Of a stretch of 64,000 nucleotides of DNA, positions 44,950 through 55,018 are shown in pieces. A model generated the notes under the pieces. The model ran no database searches and was not told the origin of the DNA. It saw only the letters and a program-made list of their open reading frames with translations. The position numbers and the translations under genes are program-made. How positions within the stretch are numbered: the stretch's first letter is position 1; the number at the start of each line of letters is the position of its first letter. This stretch comes from a virus, in IMG/VR virus record IMGVR_UViG_2920962495_000002, positions 2,873 to 66,872 of that record, one strand, 5' to 3'.

Positions 44950-45836
44950 TGAATATTCAGCTCGAAGATGGCAGTCAAATCGGCACCAATCTAATTAGCG
45001 CAATCTATCGCACTGATCTTGTGCCCGTACCTGTCACCATTGAGCTTGTCGTCAAAGCGGATGATCGATTGCATAAGCTATTATTAATTGATAAGACGCT
45101 GACCACCCCTAAAGACGTGTCGCTGACCATCGTTAAATCACAAGTTATCAATGAGCAATCTATCAAGGCTGGCAAGCGCATTGCCGCGCTGCATATCATT
45201 GCTGTCTTATCAGGATGCGAGCCACTGCTAGGCGTCACCAAAAAGGCAGTCAGCCTAGATAATACCAGCTTTAACGAGGTGTACCGCGCATTGGGCGCTA
45301 AAGTCCGCATTAAAAAAGACATCAAACTTGCCAGCTTTATTTGCCTGAAAGGTCAGATGCCAACCGTGGCCATTGCTAAAGCACTGCAAAAAGAGTCGGC
45401 GGTTATTTGTCATACTAATAACGGTTTGTCAGTCATTCGCCTAAACGAGCTAATGATAGGCGCGGCGACCTTGTTTGATAAAAGCGCCGTGCAATGGATC
45501 AACAATCCCAATGCTATCCGGCACGGCAACGTCAATTATCTGTCTATCGATGACAATGGCTCAGATATATTAGGGTCAGCACGGACTGAGCGCTCAATAG
45601 AATACTACCCACGAGCAGACAACCGCGAGCTACAGAACTTGCGGCGCATACTTATCACCAAAGCCACTATTACTCGCCAGCTCGACGAGCGCTTGGACGC
45701 AGGCAAGCTTATAACGGTTGACAACAAAACATTGGTAGCCTTAACCGCCGCGCACCGATTCGAGTCAGGAGCGTTAGGCGGTCCCGCTGTTATGGCAACA
45801 AAAGCGTGGCTTGCTGGCGTGGAGGATAGATCATGA
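44949..45836 (+). CDS. Baseplate hub (GpD/gp27-like) protein
   Basis: 295 aa directly before the spike gene. Confidence 0.55.
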   Translation: MNIQLEDGSQIGTNLISAIYRTDLVPVPVTIELVVKADDRLHKLLLIDKTLTTPKDVSLTIVKSQVINEQSIKAGKRIAALHIIAVLSGCEPLLGVTKKAVSLDNTSFNEVYRALGAKVRIKKDIKLASFICLKGQMPTVAIAKALQKESAVICHTNNGLSVIRLNELMIGAATLFDKSAVQWINNPNAIRHGNVNYLSIDDNGSDILGSARTERSIEYYPRADNRELQNLRRILITKATITRQLDERLDAGKLITVDNKTLVALTAAHRFESGALGGPAVMATKAWLAGVEDRS

Positions 45837-46486
45837 GTCTTGTATCACCATACATACACCCCGCCAAACTTATCAGCTACGACAACACCAATCGCACGGC
45901 TAAAGTTTCTATCGCAGGGCTTACGGATGGCGTAGAAGAAGGCATCACCGCCATGATTGCCTACCCGATAGGCGATGATGACATGGACACAGAGCGCGAG
46001 CTGATAGCTGGTGCTGATGTGTGGGTGTTCTTTGAGCAAGGCGACACCTCAATGCCAGTGATTGCTTTTTACCGTCGTCACGGGCAAGGGCGAGCGGTGG
46101 TGGATGTTCGCCGCATACGTCAAGAAAATATCGAGCTACTAGCACGCACCAGAATAACCTTGGACGCTAAAGACTTGGTACATATTAAAGCCAAAACCAT
46201 CACTATTGATGCAACCACCGTCAATCTTAATGCCAGTAACTTTAACGTCACCGCAGAAACGAGCGTTAAAGGCAACATCGGACAAGTGGGCAACTACTCA
46301 ATGCAAGGCAATCAGTCAATCACTGGCAGCCATACCGTCAACGGCAATAGCACCTCTTACGGCAACCAGACAATCAATGGCAGTGTGTCTGCCACAGGCG
46401 ATATCAAGGCGGGCGGCATATCGCTTAAATCTCATAAACATGGCGGCGTTGATACTGGCGGCGGCTCAACCAGCGGCCCACAATAA
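45833..46486 (+). CDS. Baseplate central spike (GpV/gp5-like)
   Basis: OB-fold region (GADVWVFFEQGD...PVI), beta-helix repeats, tip GISLKSHKHGGV with an HxH metal motif. Confidence 0.85.
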   Translation: MSLVSPYIHPAKLISYDNTNRTAKVSIAGLTDGVEEGITAMIAYPIGDDDMDTERELIAGADVWVFFEQGDTSMPVIAFYRRHGQGRAVVDVRRIRQENIELLARTRITLDAKDLVHIKAKTITIDATTVNLNASNFNVTAETSVKGNIGQVGNYSMQGNQSITGSHTVNGNSTSYGNQTINGSVSATGDIKAGGISLKSHKHGGVDTGGGSTSGPQ

Positions 46487-46521
46487 CATTTGCTAGAACA
46501 CAGCATTAATAGGCGTAAAAC

Positions 46522-48150
46522 ATGAAACTACTTAATACCATGGCAAACATGCTGATTAGCAATCGTGAGATGAAACGGTCTGCCACGCCAGCGGGCATTG
46601 GCGATGTCAATCGCCAGTATGAAGCGCTTAATCAGATGGAGCTTGGCACCTTTAACAGCCCTGAAAACGCGCCGCGAACCCGTCAAGATATCTACTCAAC
46701 GTGGGAGCTGATGCAAAAGGACCCACAAATAGCAGAGGCATTAAGCTTGCATGTTACGGCAGCACTCGGCGGGCATGAAACCACGGGTGACATGATATTT
46801 ATTACCCCGCATGAGCGCGTGCGTGGTAAAGGTCGACGAGCAAAAGAGTTGCGCGATAGGGTGGAGCGTGAGGCATTGCATATTGCGCCCATTATTAACC
46901 GTTACGCCTTCACCTTAGCGCGTCAAGCCATCGCCTATGGGGACAGTTACGCACGTATCTATACTGACAAGCGTAAGGGCGTGGTAGGACTTATGAACAA
47001 TCGCCATACCGCGCCATCGCTTATTATGCCGTTTGAGCAGGCAGGCGAGACAGTCGGCTTTCATGGGTTAGAGGAAGAGGACTACGAGCGCTCTATTGCC
47101 AAGCTTACTCCTAGACAGCTATTGCGCGTCAAGATGCAGCGCATCGAGGTGATACCGCAGATGACCATGCAGGTATGGCAAGACAGAAAAACGCTGATCT
47201 ATGATGAGCGCTGTGACAATCCCATCTTGCCAGCGGAAATCGGTGGCTCATTCCTCTATCCAGTAGAGAAGCCGTGGAAGGATGTTGTTATTAGCCTTGC
47301 AGGACTGAACAATCAGCAAATAGCCGATAGTGTCAAGCAAGCCTTTTTAACCGTCAACATGGAGGGGATGCCGCCCAGACAACAGACAAAGTATAAGAAA
47401 TCCATCACCGATATGCTGACCAACTACCGCGATCAGATACAAGAGGCGTTTAAAGGCGGTGAGGCATTACACGGCACCAAATATCATGTGTTGCCGCAAT
47501 GGGGTGATAAGCAGATATTGCAATCAGTAGGGGATTTATCACAGCGCAATATGCCACTAAACCCTGAAACGCTCATGCTCAACCTTCGCCGCGTGGCAGG
47601 TGGTCTGGGGATTGATTTATCCTTAGTCGGTTGGGCGGATATGCTGGCAGGCGGACTGGGTGATGGCGCGTCTTTTCAAACGTCCGCACAAATTATGCGT
47701 CGATCTAACCTTATTCGCACCTCGTTAATTGATGCCTTTAATCACTTAATGAGCATTCATTGGGGTATCAAGTACGGGGAATATTTTGATGCTAAAGAGT
47801 ACCCGTGGCAGTTTGACTTCTTCTCAGATGCTGGAGCCGCTACCGCGCAAGCACTAAGCAATAAGCAAAACAAAGCCAACACACTGACTATCGAGATGCA
47901 GGCAGTACAGATGATAAAGGACTTGGGACTTGGCAAAGAGGCGACACAACTCATGCTTGAAGACCGCTTGGACTACGACTTATCTTTTGCAGAGAAGGTC
48001 GCTATTGCCATTACCGCGCCACCAATGGGCGAAGAGGGCTTGCCAGCAGGGATGCCGCAACCTCCTAGTAATGCCGATATGAGCAATAATCCTGAAGACG
48101 ACGACTTGCCAGATGGCCTAGACGATATGGAGGATGACTATGAGGACTGA
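46522..48150 (+). CDS. Portal protein (P1 Prt-like)
   Basis: 542 aa; YSTWELMQKDPQIAEALSLHVTAALG, GWADMLAGGLGDG, acidic tail. Confidence 0.75.
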   Translation: MKLLNTMANMLISNREMKRSATPAGIGDVNRQYEALNQMELGTFNSPENAPRTRQDIYSTWELMQKDPQIAEALSLHVTAALGGHETTGDMIFITPHERVRGKGRRAKELRDRVEREALHIAPIINRYAFTLARQAIAYGDSYARIYTDKRKGVVGLMNNRHTAPSLIMPFEQAGETVGFHGLEEEDYERSIAKLTPRQLLRVKMQRIEVIPQMTMQVWQDRKTLIYDERCDNPILPAEIGGSFLYPVEKPWKDVVISLAGLNNQQIADSVKQAFLTVNMEGMPPRQQTKYKKSITDMLTNYRDQIQEAFKGGEALHGTKYHVLPQWGDKQILQSVGDLSQRNMPLNPETLMLNLRRVAGGLGIDLSLVGWADMLAGGLGDGASFQTSAQIMRRSNLIRTSLIDAFNHLMSIHWGIKYGEYFDAKEYPWQFDFFSDAGAATAQALSNKQNKANTLTIEMQAVQMIKDLGLGKEATQLMLEDRLDYDLSFAEKVAIAITAPPMGEEGLPAGMPQPPSNADMSNNPEDDDLPDGLDDMEDDYED

Positions 48151-48760
48151 TCTAGTGCAAGGGCTAATCGCTAGCAAAAATGATGTTGGGCGCGTAAAAG
48201 TAGGTACGGCAACCAATTCGCAGTACATGCAGTCTTTACAGTTACTCTATGGTAAATTACGGGTACATGAAGCGTTATTGCAGTGTATGTATGTGGTCAA
48301 GATTGAAGACATATTCGGCAATGGCCCTAACATTCCTTGGTTTAGAGATAAAACATTATGCTACCTAGCAACTGAGGCGGATATGTCGCTAGGCAGTGCT
48401 GAGAGTGAGTCATTCTATGCAGGCGCATATCAAGCCAGCTATTTGACGCAAAAGTCATCGGACGATATGGACATGACCTTTATTGAAACCCTTAATGCTG
48501 ATATCTCTAATTCATACCGCGCCTGTCACAAACTAGCGTTTAATGACGATGGCACGATGAATGAGTCGAAAAAGTACGCTTTTAAATTAAGCGTTGGGCT
48601 TATCAATCATAAGAAACCCAATAGCGAGCCAGTTATCAATAGATCGTGGCTCGTTGGTGCCAAAAGCGCCCGTCCTGAGATTAGTAGTACGGGGCGTAGT
48701 GAGATTGTCAAAGTGCCAGTAACCTTTCAGAAGCTCAGGCCACTTATGTTTGAGCGATGA
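48134..48760 (+). CDS. Tube-fold/baseplate-tube initiator-like protein
   Basis: 208 aa; MDMTFIETLN...VKVPVTFQ tube-like pattern. Confidence 0.45.
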   Translation: MTMRTDLVQGLIASKNDVGRVKVGTATNSQYMQSLQLLYGKLRVHEALLQCMYVVKIEDIFGNGPNIPWFRDKTLCYLATEADMSLGSAESESFYAGAYQASYLTQKSSDDMDMTFIETLNADISNSYRACHKLAFNDDGTMNESKKYAFKLSVGLINHKKPNSEPVINRSWLVGAKSARPEISSTGRSEIVKVPVTFQKLRPLMFER

Positions 48761-48775
48761 TATCTCTTAGCTAAT

Positions 48776-48804
48776 AACCCACTCTTTGAAGTGGGTTTTT
48801 CTTT
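48776..48804 (+). terminator. Intrinsic terminator
   Basis: AACCCACT-CTTTGA-AGTGGGTT-TTT. Confidence 0.75.
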
Positions 48805-48818
48805 GCCTAACATTCAGC

Positions 48819-48858
48819 GGAACACCCCCGCTGCATAGCCGCCAAACCTTGTCACAAT
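48819..48858 (+). promoter_or_regulatory. Late promoter motif GGAACAC-N27-CACAAT
   Basis: Upstream of the darA-like gene. Confidence 0.75.
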
Positions 48859-48899
48859 AAACCTATCTTATTATCCCTAACAAACATAGGCGTCCTGCA

Positions 48900-51800
48900 A
48901 TGGCATATATCACACTCAATAAAGCGCATACTCACCATAAAACAACTATCAATGGTCAGCCTACTAGCCAGTATAGCCGCTACGAAACAGGTTTAATCAC
49001 TGGCAACAAGCGAGACTTGCCAGCCATTCTAGCGGATAGTACGGGCAGTGACGGCTATAGTTTTGATAGTGCAGTCGGTAGTGCTGATGATAGCTGGCAC
49101 GTATTAAACGCCTTTGATAAACAGGGCTTGTATGTCGATAGTATTGCGGTTGGCGGCGCTATGGATGCCGATCACGCTACCGTGGTAGCGCGCACCCAGC
49201 TTGACAGCCTAGGCGCAGCTAACCTAAAAGTGATTGGTGAGGGATTGGTTCAGTTTGACAGTATCAATCAATCGAACGCTGGCACGTTTTCAGTTGACGC
49301 CATCAACAAGCTTATGGACAACCCTTCGCAGGATAAAAACTACCTACCGATCATTACCGCCTCAGAGCTTGCTTATGAAGCTGATCGCGTTACCTTTGAC
49401 AGTGTGGAGTGGGGCGAAGGAGCAGAGCTATTAAGCCATGACGGGCGTGATAGCACACTCATGCTAGACATGACTCGTGCCGATACTCGCAGCGACTTAG
49501 TAAACGAATTTGAGCTTGCAGACGTACTCGACTTGCTGGGCGCTGAACCTGAGCAGAGCTTTGATGCCTTGATGGACACCAAAAACCGTTTAGGGCTATT
49601 GAAAGATCGCTTATATAACGCGATGAGCCGTGCCGGTAACGATACGGTATCAGTTACTAATGTCACTGAAACCAAGCCATTTAAGCGCCAGGGCGTGACT
49701 AATATTGCCTTTGTGTTTGATCTATCAGACGGTCAAAAATTGTCTATCTGGTTCCACAATCCAGACAGTACGCCATCCAAGTTAATGCCAAGCGATATCA
49801 TGATTAGCTGGAAATGGATGTTAAACAAGCGTGATGTGACCGCCGCATTATCACCAAAACAAGGTGATAACGTCCAGTTGCCTGCGCTGGCTAGTCGAAT
49901 CATGCGCGTAGCTGCCAAAAACTCTATGCCATTTAAGCGTACACAAGCCAAGCGCTTAAAGCTAGATAATGAGCTAGCAGAAGCAAAAATGACGATTGAA
50001 AATAAGACTGCCACTATCGAGCAGTTGGATCAAGATATTGCCAGCCTAAATAGCCAGATTGATGCGGCTATGAAAGCGCCTAAAGTTGAGCTTGTGGTTG
50101 AGCCGGTCGTCGAACCTGTTATAGAAACGTCGGTAGTTGACGAAACTGTAGCAGAGCCAGCTGGCCAAGACAGCACTACGCAAGATGACACCGATGTCGC
50201 AGCACCTATCACTATCACAGGTAAAGAGATTGACGTAAGTGAGGATGTTGATTTTAAAACAGCAAAAAACAATGCGATGGCATATTTTGACAACAATTTA
50301 AAAGATAAGGTTGTTTTCTGTCCTGCCATTGACAGTGATGTTTTGTTGAGACGGCGCGGTGGTAAACATATTGCTAAAGCAAATCATACGTTTCGTGAAA
50401 AACTAAAGCTGGTGGCCGCTATTCCTGAAATGATTAAACAGGGCAAATATGGGCATTACACTGCTTTGAACAAAGAAAAAGGCTCTAATATCGAAGGGTA
50501 TTATGTATTGAATGTTGCAGTGGTAGTAGGTGGCAATCTAAAAGCAGCAAGAGTCGTACTGGAGAAGAATAACGAAGGCGAGGTTTTATATGACATAGGT
50601 ATAGACAAAAAAGAAGCCTTAGCAGCTCTAGGGGATACTATCACCAAAAATACATTTGATGGGTTCACCGGATCTAGCCAATACCAAGACTTCTTAGATG
50701 AATCTTACCAAGCGGATGACAGTGATGTCAACCAGTTTGACAATGTGCTTGAAACAGCGATCCCTGATAACTATTCAGGGGTTGCTTCAAGCACACTTAA
50801 TATTAAAGCACCAAATAGTGAGGATGTCAACCAAGATCAAACTATGTTCGATAAGGCAGACCTTGCAACAGTCGATGGGGTGCTGAATATGTTTATTTTA
50901 AACGAGACATCTATCGAAGATACCGCAAATCACAACACTGATAACGAATTAGCTGATACTAATCCTAATGAAAATACTAGTACCTATGTTGCTGATTCGT
51001 TTAGCGAGCTGAGCTATATATCAGTTACTAAAACCGATGATAACCAGTACGAGGCATCAATAAAATCAATAAATAACGATAGCAAATTATCCGGCAGCTT
51101 AACCGAGATTAAAGGCTTTATCTCTAACTACTTAGAAGGCTTAGGCGCGGATATGTCAGTTTTGTCCCTAACTAATGGCGCGGATGTTTTGAAAACCGAC
51201 ACCGATCCAGATCACACCCCAACCAACCCCAACAACAAAAAAATCACCAAAGGCAAATCCAATAAGGCCAAAACCCCTAAAGGCACCAAAATTGAAAGCG
51301 TCTTTGCTTTAGTTGATGCTAAATTCTTGATCGCCTCGCATACCGCGAACGGCAGCAAAAACCCTAAATACCCACAAGAGCTACAGCCGCGTGACCGTGC
51401 GCGTGAATCCTCTATTGCTTGGGTACAAAAAACCTCAAGAGAACTTGATCCTGAGAGCTTAGGTCGTACTGGCCGTGTTGATACCGGCGCGCCTATCGTG
51501 GGTGATGACCTAGTGGTAGAAAGCGGCAACGGTCGCACTATTGCGATCAAGATGGCCTACGCCAATGGCGATGCTAGCGAGTACAGAGAATGGCTTGCTG
51601 AGAACGCTGATATGTTCGGTATGACCGCTAAGCAAGTAGAGAGCTATAAGCAGCCTATCCTTGTGCGTATGCGTACCACGCAAGTGAACCGTAGTGAGTT
51701 TGCAGTAGAAGCGAACCAAGACGACAAACTAAGCTTTACCGCCTCAGAACGCGCCAAATCAGATGCTAAGCGTGTTAATGCTGGCATGTTAGAGCTATTC

Positions 51801-53165
51801 GATCCTAGCGAGTCAGGCGACATCTTAGCCGCCAGTAACCGCCCATTCGTAAAATCGTTTCTAGCCAGCCTAGGCGCGACAGAAGCGGCGCAATATACCG
51901 ACAGTAACGGCAATCCAACTCAAGCGCTAGTCGCTCGCATTAAAGGCGCATTGTTCAGTAAAGCCTATGACGATGACCGCTTGCTTGAGATGATGGCAGA
52001 TCAAACAAAGCCTGAGCTACAAAACACCCTAAACGCCCTAACAATGGCCGCGCCTAAGTTTGTAGCAGCACAAGCGGTCAACCGTAGTGACGCGCAGGAC
52101 TTGGCTGAAAAAGTGGTTGATAGTGTCGAGCAGTCGCTAAGCGACGAGGTTAAAAACGCCATTGTTGATGCCACCAACATGATTATGAACGCCAAGCTTA
52201 GCAATCAAGATATTAAAGAATACGTGCTGCAACAAGGGTTATTTGAGCAAGTGGACGATGCCACCGCTGAACTTGCGGTATTCCTAGCCGCTAATGCTCG
52301 CAGTGCTAAGAAGATGACCGATTATTTCAATGCAATGGCAAGCTATATCGAGCAGGACAGCGTAAGCCGTCAAACACTAGATATGTTCGGTGAGCCTGAG
52401 CCGCTATCACTCGCTGATGTTATCGCACACGCCAACAACCAAGTTAATGATAATACCGACACTATAGGGACGCTTGATATGTTTAATGAGACGGTAGTAG
52501 AAGAAGCGGTAGTGACTGACAACCAAGCTACCACAAGCGACAAGAATTACTCATCCAGCAACCCTTATGCTGCTTACGCTAATGATGACGAAGATGCTAT
52601 GAATAACGCCGACCAATGGGAGGCCAGAGAGCCGCTAACAGAAAACCGTTTGGATCAGCTTAACAAAATGGCAGAATCGCTTGGTTTTAGCACCTTTATC
52701 GAATCAAGACATGCAGGCTTAGGGGTATTCCAAGCAGCCAAAGAAGTATCTAATCGCAAGGTCGAGATTGACGGTAAATTCAAAAACAATGACGGCCAGT
52801 CATCAAAAGAAGCGCCTAGAGACTTCACTATCGAAAAATCTGAAAACGGAAACATTGTTGATTACCAGTACACCAACGACTTATCAGATTATATTAAAAA
52901 GGCGAACGACTGGCTAAATCAAGCCAGCCCACTTGACGACTTCAACACAGCCAACCTAGCCGCCAAAGTCGACGGCATAGTCAATGAGATAAACTCAAGC
53001 GACTTTGACCCAGAGATTTTTGATGTTGATGCGCTAAGCGCTATTGCTGAAGAAGCTGAGGGCAATAGCGAGCTTACCGCAAAACTTGAGGCTGCAAGTG
53101 AGGTCTATCAAAACAAGTTGATGACTATCGCCATGCAAGCGATGTCTGACATGGCAGGCAACTAA
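48900..53165 (+). CDS. darA: DarA-like large polyvalent virion protein (DarA-N, LPD3-like and DdrB-like ParB domains)
   Basis: KPFKRQGVTNIAFVFDLSDGQKLSIWFH (DarA-N), ITITGKEI...RRGGKH...EVLYD (LPD3-like), PQELQPRDR...GAPIVGDDLVVESGNGR (DdrB/ParB-like). Confidence 0.75.
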   Translation: MAYITLNKAHTHHKTTINGQPTSQYSRYETGLITGNKRDLPAILADSTGSDGYSFDSAVGSADDSWHVLNAFDKQGLYVDSIAVGGAMDADHATVVARTQLDSLGAANLKVIGEGLVQFDSINQSNAGTFSVDAINKLMDNPSQDKNYLPIITASELAYEADRVTFDSVEWGEGAELLSHDGRDSTLMLDMTRADTRSDLVNEFELADVLDLLGAEPEQSFDALMDTKNRLGLLKDRLYNAMSRAGNDTVSVTNVTETKPFKRQGVTNIAFVFDLSDGQKLSIWFHNPDSTPSKLMPSDIMISWKWMLNKRDVTAALSPKQGDNVQLPALASRIMRVAAKNSMPFKRTQAKRLKLDNELAEAKMTIENKTATIEQLDQDIASLNSQIDAAMKAPKVELVVEPVVEPVIETSVVDETVAEPAGQDSTTQDDTDVAAPITITGKEIDVSEDVDFKTAKNNAMAYFDNNLKDKVVFCPAIDSDVLLRRRGGKHIAKANHTFREKLKLVAAIPEMIKQGKYGHYTALNKEKGSNIEGYYVLNVAVVVGGNLKAARVVLEKNNEGEVLYDIGIDKKEALAALGDTITKNTFDGFTGSSQYQDFLDESYQADDSDVNQFDNVLETAIPDNYSGVASSTLNIKAPNSEDVNQDQTMFDKADLATVDGVLNMFILNETSIEDTANHNTDNELADTNPNENTSTYVADSFSELSYISVTKTDDNQYEASIKSINNDSKLSGSLTEIKGFISNYLEGLGADMSVLSLTNGADVLKTDTDPDHTPTNPNNKKITKGKSNKAKTPKGTKIESVFALVDAKFLIASHTANGSKNPKYPQELQPRDRARESSIAWVQKTSRELDPESLGRTGRVDTGAPIVGDDLVVESGNGRTIAIKMAYANGDASEYREWLAENADMFGMTAKQVESYKQPILVRMRTTQVNRSEFAVEANQDDKLSFTASERAKSDAKRVNAGMLELFDPSESGDILAASNRPFVKSFLASLGATEAAQYTDSNGNPTQALVARIKGALFSKAYDDDRLLEMMADQTKPELQNTLNALTMAAPKFVAAQAVNRSDAQDLAEKVVDSVEQSLSDEVKNAIVDATNMIMNAKLSNQDIKEYVLQQGLFEQVDDATAELAVFLAANARSAKKMTDYFNAMASYIEQDSVSRQTLDMFGEPEPLSLADVIAHANNQVNDNTDTIGTLDMFNETVVEEAVVTDNQATTSDKNYSSSNPYAAYANDDEDAMNNADQWEAREPLTENRLDQLNKMAESLGFSTFIESRHAGLGVFQAAKEVSNRKVEIDGKFKNNDGQSSKEAPRDFTIEKSENGNIVDYQYTNDLSDYIKKANDWLNQASPLDDFNTANLAAKVDGIVNEINSSDFDPEIFDVDALSAIAEEAEGNSELTAKLEAASEVYQNKLMTIAMQAMSDMAGN

Positions 53166-54007
53166 TGCCAAACGCGCCAGCCACCAACAAAAACAAGACT
53201 ACCAATGGCAATACCATTGGTAGCACCTGGGGCGAGAAGGGTTTAAATAAAAACCTTGTCGTCAAAATACGGCCCGTGATCGAAGGGAATATTGAGGGCG
53301 GGCAAGGGGCACAGACTTATGAGGTTGATACCAACCAGCCTACGGTTGAGTCTATCTTTGAGGATGCTGAATTCACCATCGAGTCGCAGTACAGCACCCC
53401 TTTTGAGTCCTCAAACCCAGAGGGTCGACTACCTAACTTAATGGGTATGATTCAGTCAGGGCAGGCCGCTGCTGCTGGCTACAGTTTGTTTGCTGCTGGT
53501 GGTGGCGTAGTCGCTGACGCGGCTGATGCGGCTGCTAGCTTCATCGGCGCCAAAGGTATTGTTGAAAAAGGCCAAGCTGAACTAGAGGGACTGCTGGGTA
53601 AATCCAACTTTACCAAGCTCAATAGCCGCCAAATTTTCACCTCGTCAAACTCAGTACGCATCACTGGTAGCCTTGTCTTTCAAGCATGGGCTGATGCCGC
53701 AACCGAGGTTGAGGCAGCGGTGAGTCAGTTGCAGCGCTGGGCGTCCGCTAAGAGCTTATCAAACACATCGCTGATTGTCGGTGCGCTTGATGAGGGATTA
53801 TCAGCCATGTTCCCGTCAGAGATACCGCCAATGGTTCAACTGCAATACGGCGGCAAAACCTATAAGCCACTGGTGATTGAGAGCGTATCAGCACCTATTA
53901 CTGCGCCAATGACCAAGGACGGCAACCGTATAGCTGTCAAAGTGCAAGTCACCTTCTTATCCCTCACCGCATGGGACCAACAAAATATTATAGATATGGG
54001 TCGTTAA
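53165..54007 (+). CDS. Baseplate/tail-tube-junction protein (putative)
   Basis: PPMVQLQYGGKTYKPLVIESVSAP...VKVQVTF pattern. Confidence 0.5.
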   Translation: MPNAPATNKNKTTNGNTIGSTWGEKGLNKNLVVKIRPVIEGNIEGGQGAQTYEVDTNQPTVESIFEDAEFTIESQYSTPFESSNPEGRLPNLMGMIQSGQAAAAGYSLFAAGGGVVADAADAAASFIGAKGIVEKGQAELEGLLGKSNFTKLNSRQIFTSSNSVRITGSLVFQAWADAATEVEAAVSQLQRWASAKSLSNTSLIVGALDEGLSAMFPSEIPPMVQLQYGGKTYKPLVIESVSAPITAPMTKDGNRIAVKVQVTFLSLTAWDQQNIIDMGR

Positions 54008-54022
54008 CCCCAAAGGATAAAC

Positions 54023-54763
54023 ATGGAAACTACTTTAGACGTACAGCTTTTAGAGACCAATGTATTGCTGCCCGACCTTCAGATAGGGCAAGCAATGGAT
54101 ATTGCCAAGATACCCGTGGCATTCAATGAAAAACGATTAAGCGCCATGATCTCGCACTTAACGGGCAATCCTAGCTTGGCTGGCAAGTTAACCGCACAAG
54201 AGCGTTATTTTGTCCTACTTAATCACCAAGCGATATCGCAAAGCCAGCATATCGGGGACAGTGATATTGATGGTTACGCCCTGCCTACTATTCAGTCAGA
54301 TGTGCCAAAGTGCCACCAAGTGGGTGATATGTATGTTAATCACTTGCTAGGCGCTCATGTCGTCGTACTTGAGGGTCTTTGTGAGAATGTCTACGACTGG
54401 ATTGTCGGACAAATGGCCTGCCAGCTTAGTGGTGATATCTCATCCGTGATTGGCGGCGACAGTAGCGACGATCTCAAGTGGGACGTGATTGATGCGGGCA
54501 TGACTGATAACGAGATTAACGAGGCGATACAAAGCCGTATCAAGATTATCGATAGATTGGATGCTAACGGCAACTTTAATATATTGCATGATGCCTATAG
54601 CGTAGGGGTTGATGCACTATCTCACTTCGTAGTGCTGGGCTGTGAAAACAAAGGTTTAACCGTTATTAGTCAAGGAGGTGATGGCAGCAATGAGCCGTCA
54701 CGATTTCTCACCCTTGATAGCTTACAAGGGATCGCCAGAGTTATTGCAGAGTGCGTTGCTTGA
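54023..54763 (+). CDS. Tail/baseplate assembly protein (putative)
   Basis: 246 aa in the late operon. Confidence 0.45.
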   Translation: METTLDVQLLETNVLLPDLQIGQAMDIAKIPVAFNEKRLSAMISHLTGNPSLAGKLTAQERYFVLLNHQAISQSQHIGDSDIDGYALPTIQSDVPKCHQVGDMYVNHLLGAHVVVLEGLCENVYDWIVGQMACQLSGDISSVIGGDSSDDLKWDVIDAGMTDNEINEAIQSRIKIIDRLDANGNFNILHDAYSVGVDALSHFVVLGCENKGLTVISQGGDGSNEPSRFLTLDSLQGIARVIAECVA

Positions 54764-54962
54764 TGATGCGTTTGTGATGGTGGAACACGGCAATATGAGC
54801 TTGCCAGAAGCGCTTAAAATAGGACTATCTTTTTTAACAATGTACAAAACATCGTCAAGTTTTGATTTAGTGTCTAAGCGCCTAGAAAGCGAGCATCTAC
54901 ATAAAATTGCTGTTATTAGTCGTCTTGATGCCATCATTAAAACCAATCAGATACGCAGATAA
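54690..54962 (+). CDS. Small hypothetical protein overlapping the previous gene
   Basis: AGGAGG upstream; start at 54681 or 54690. Confidence 0.5.
   Translation: MSRHDFSPLIAYKGSPELLQSALLDDAFVMVEHGNMSLPEALKIGLSFLTMYKTSSSFDLVSKRLESEHLHKIAVISRLDAIIKTNQIRR
54782..54820 (+). promoter_or_regulatory. Late promoter motif GGAACAC-N26-TAAAAT inside a CDS (lysis cassette promoter)
   Basis: Same motif and spacing as the ten intergenic copies; about 200 nt upstream of the holin-like genes. Confidence 0.65.
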
Positions 54963-55018
54963 CGCAATCAGATCACGACAGTGATTATATTTAATCATCA
55001 ATTTAATTGGGATAGACA

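Noticed and set aside
46495-46521. AGAACAC upstream of the portal gene as a twelfth late promoter
   Set aside because: It mismatches the motif and lies only 20 nt from the ATG, leaving no room for the 26-27-nt spacer and a -10.
54023-54962. Overlapping ORF pair as a G/GT-type frameshifted tail chaperone
   Set aside because: The downstream ORF is in the +1 rather than the -1 frame, no slippery heptamer was seen, and it has its own AGGAGG.
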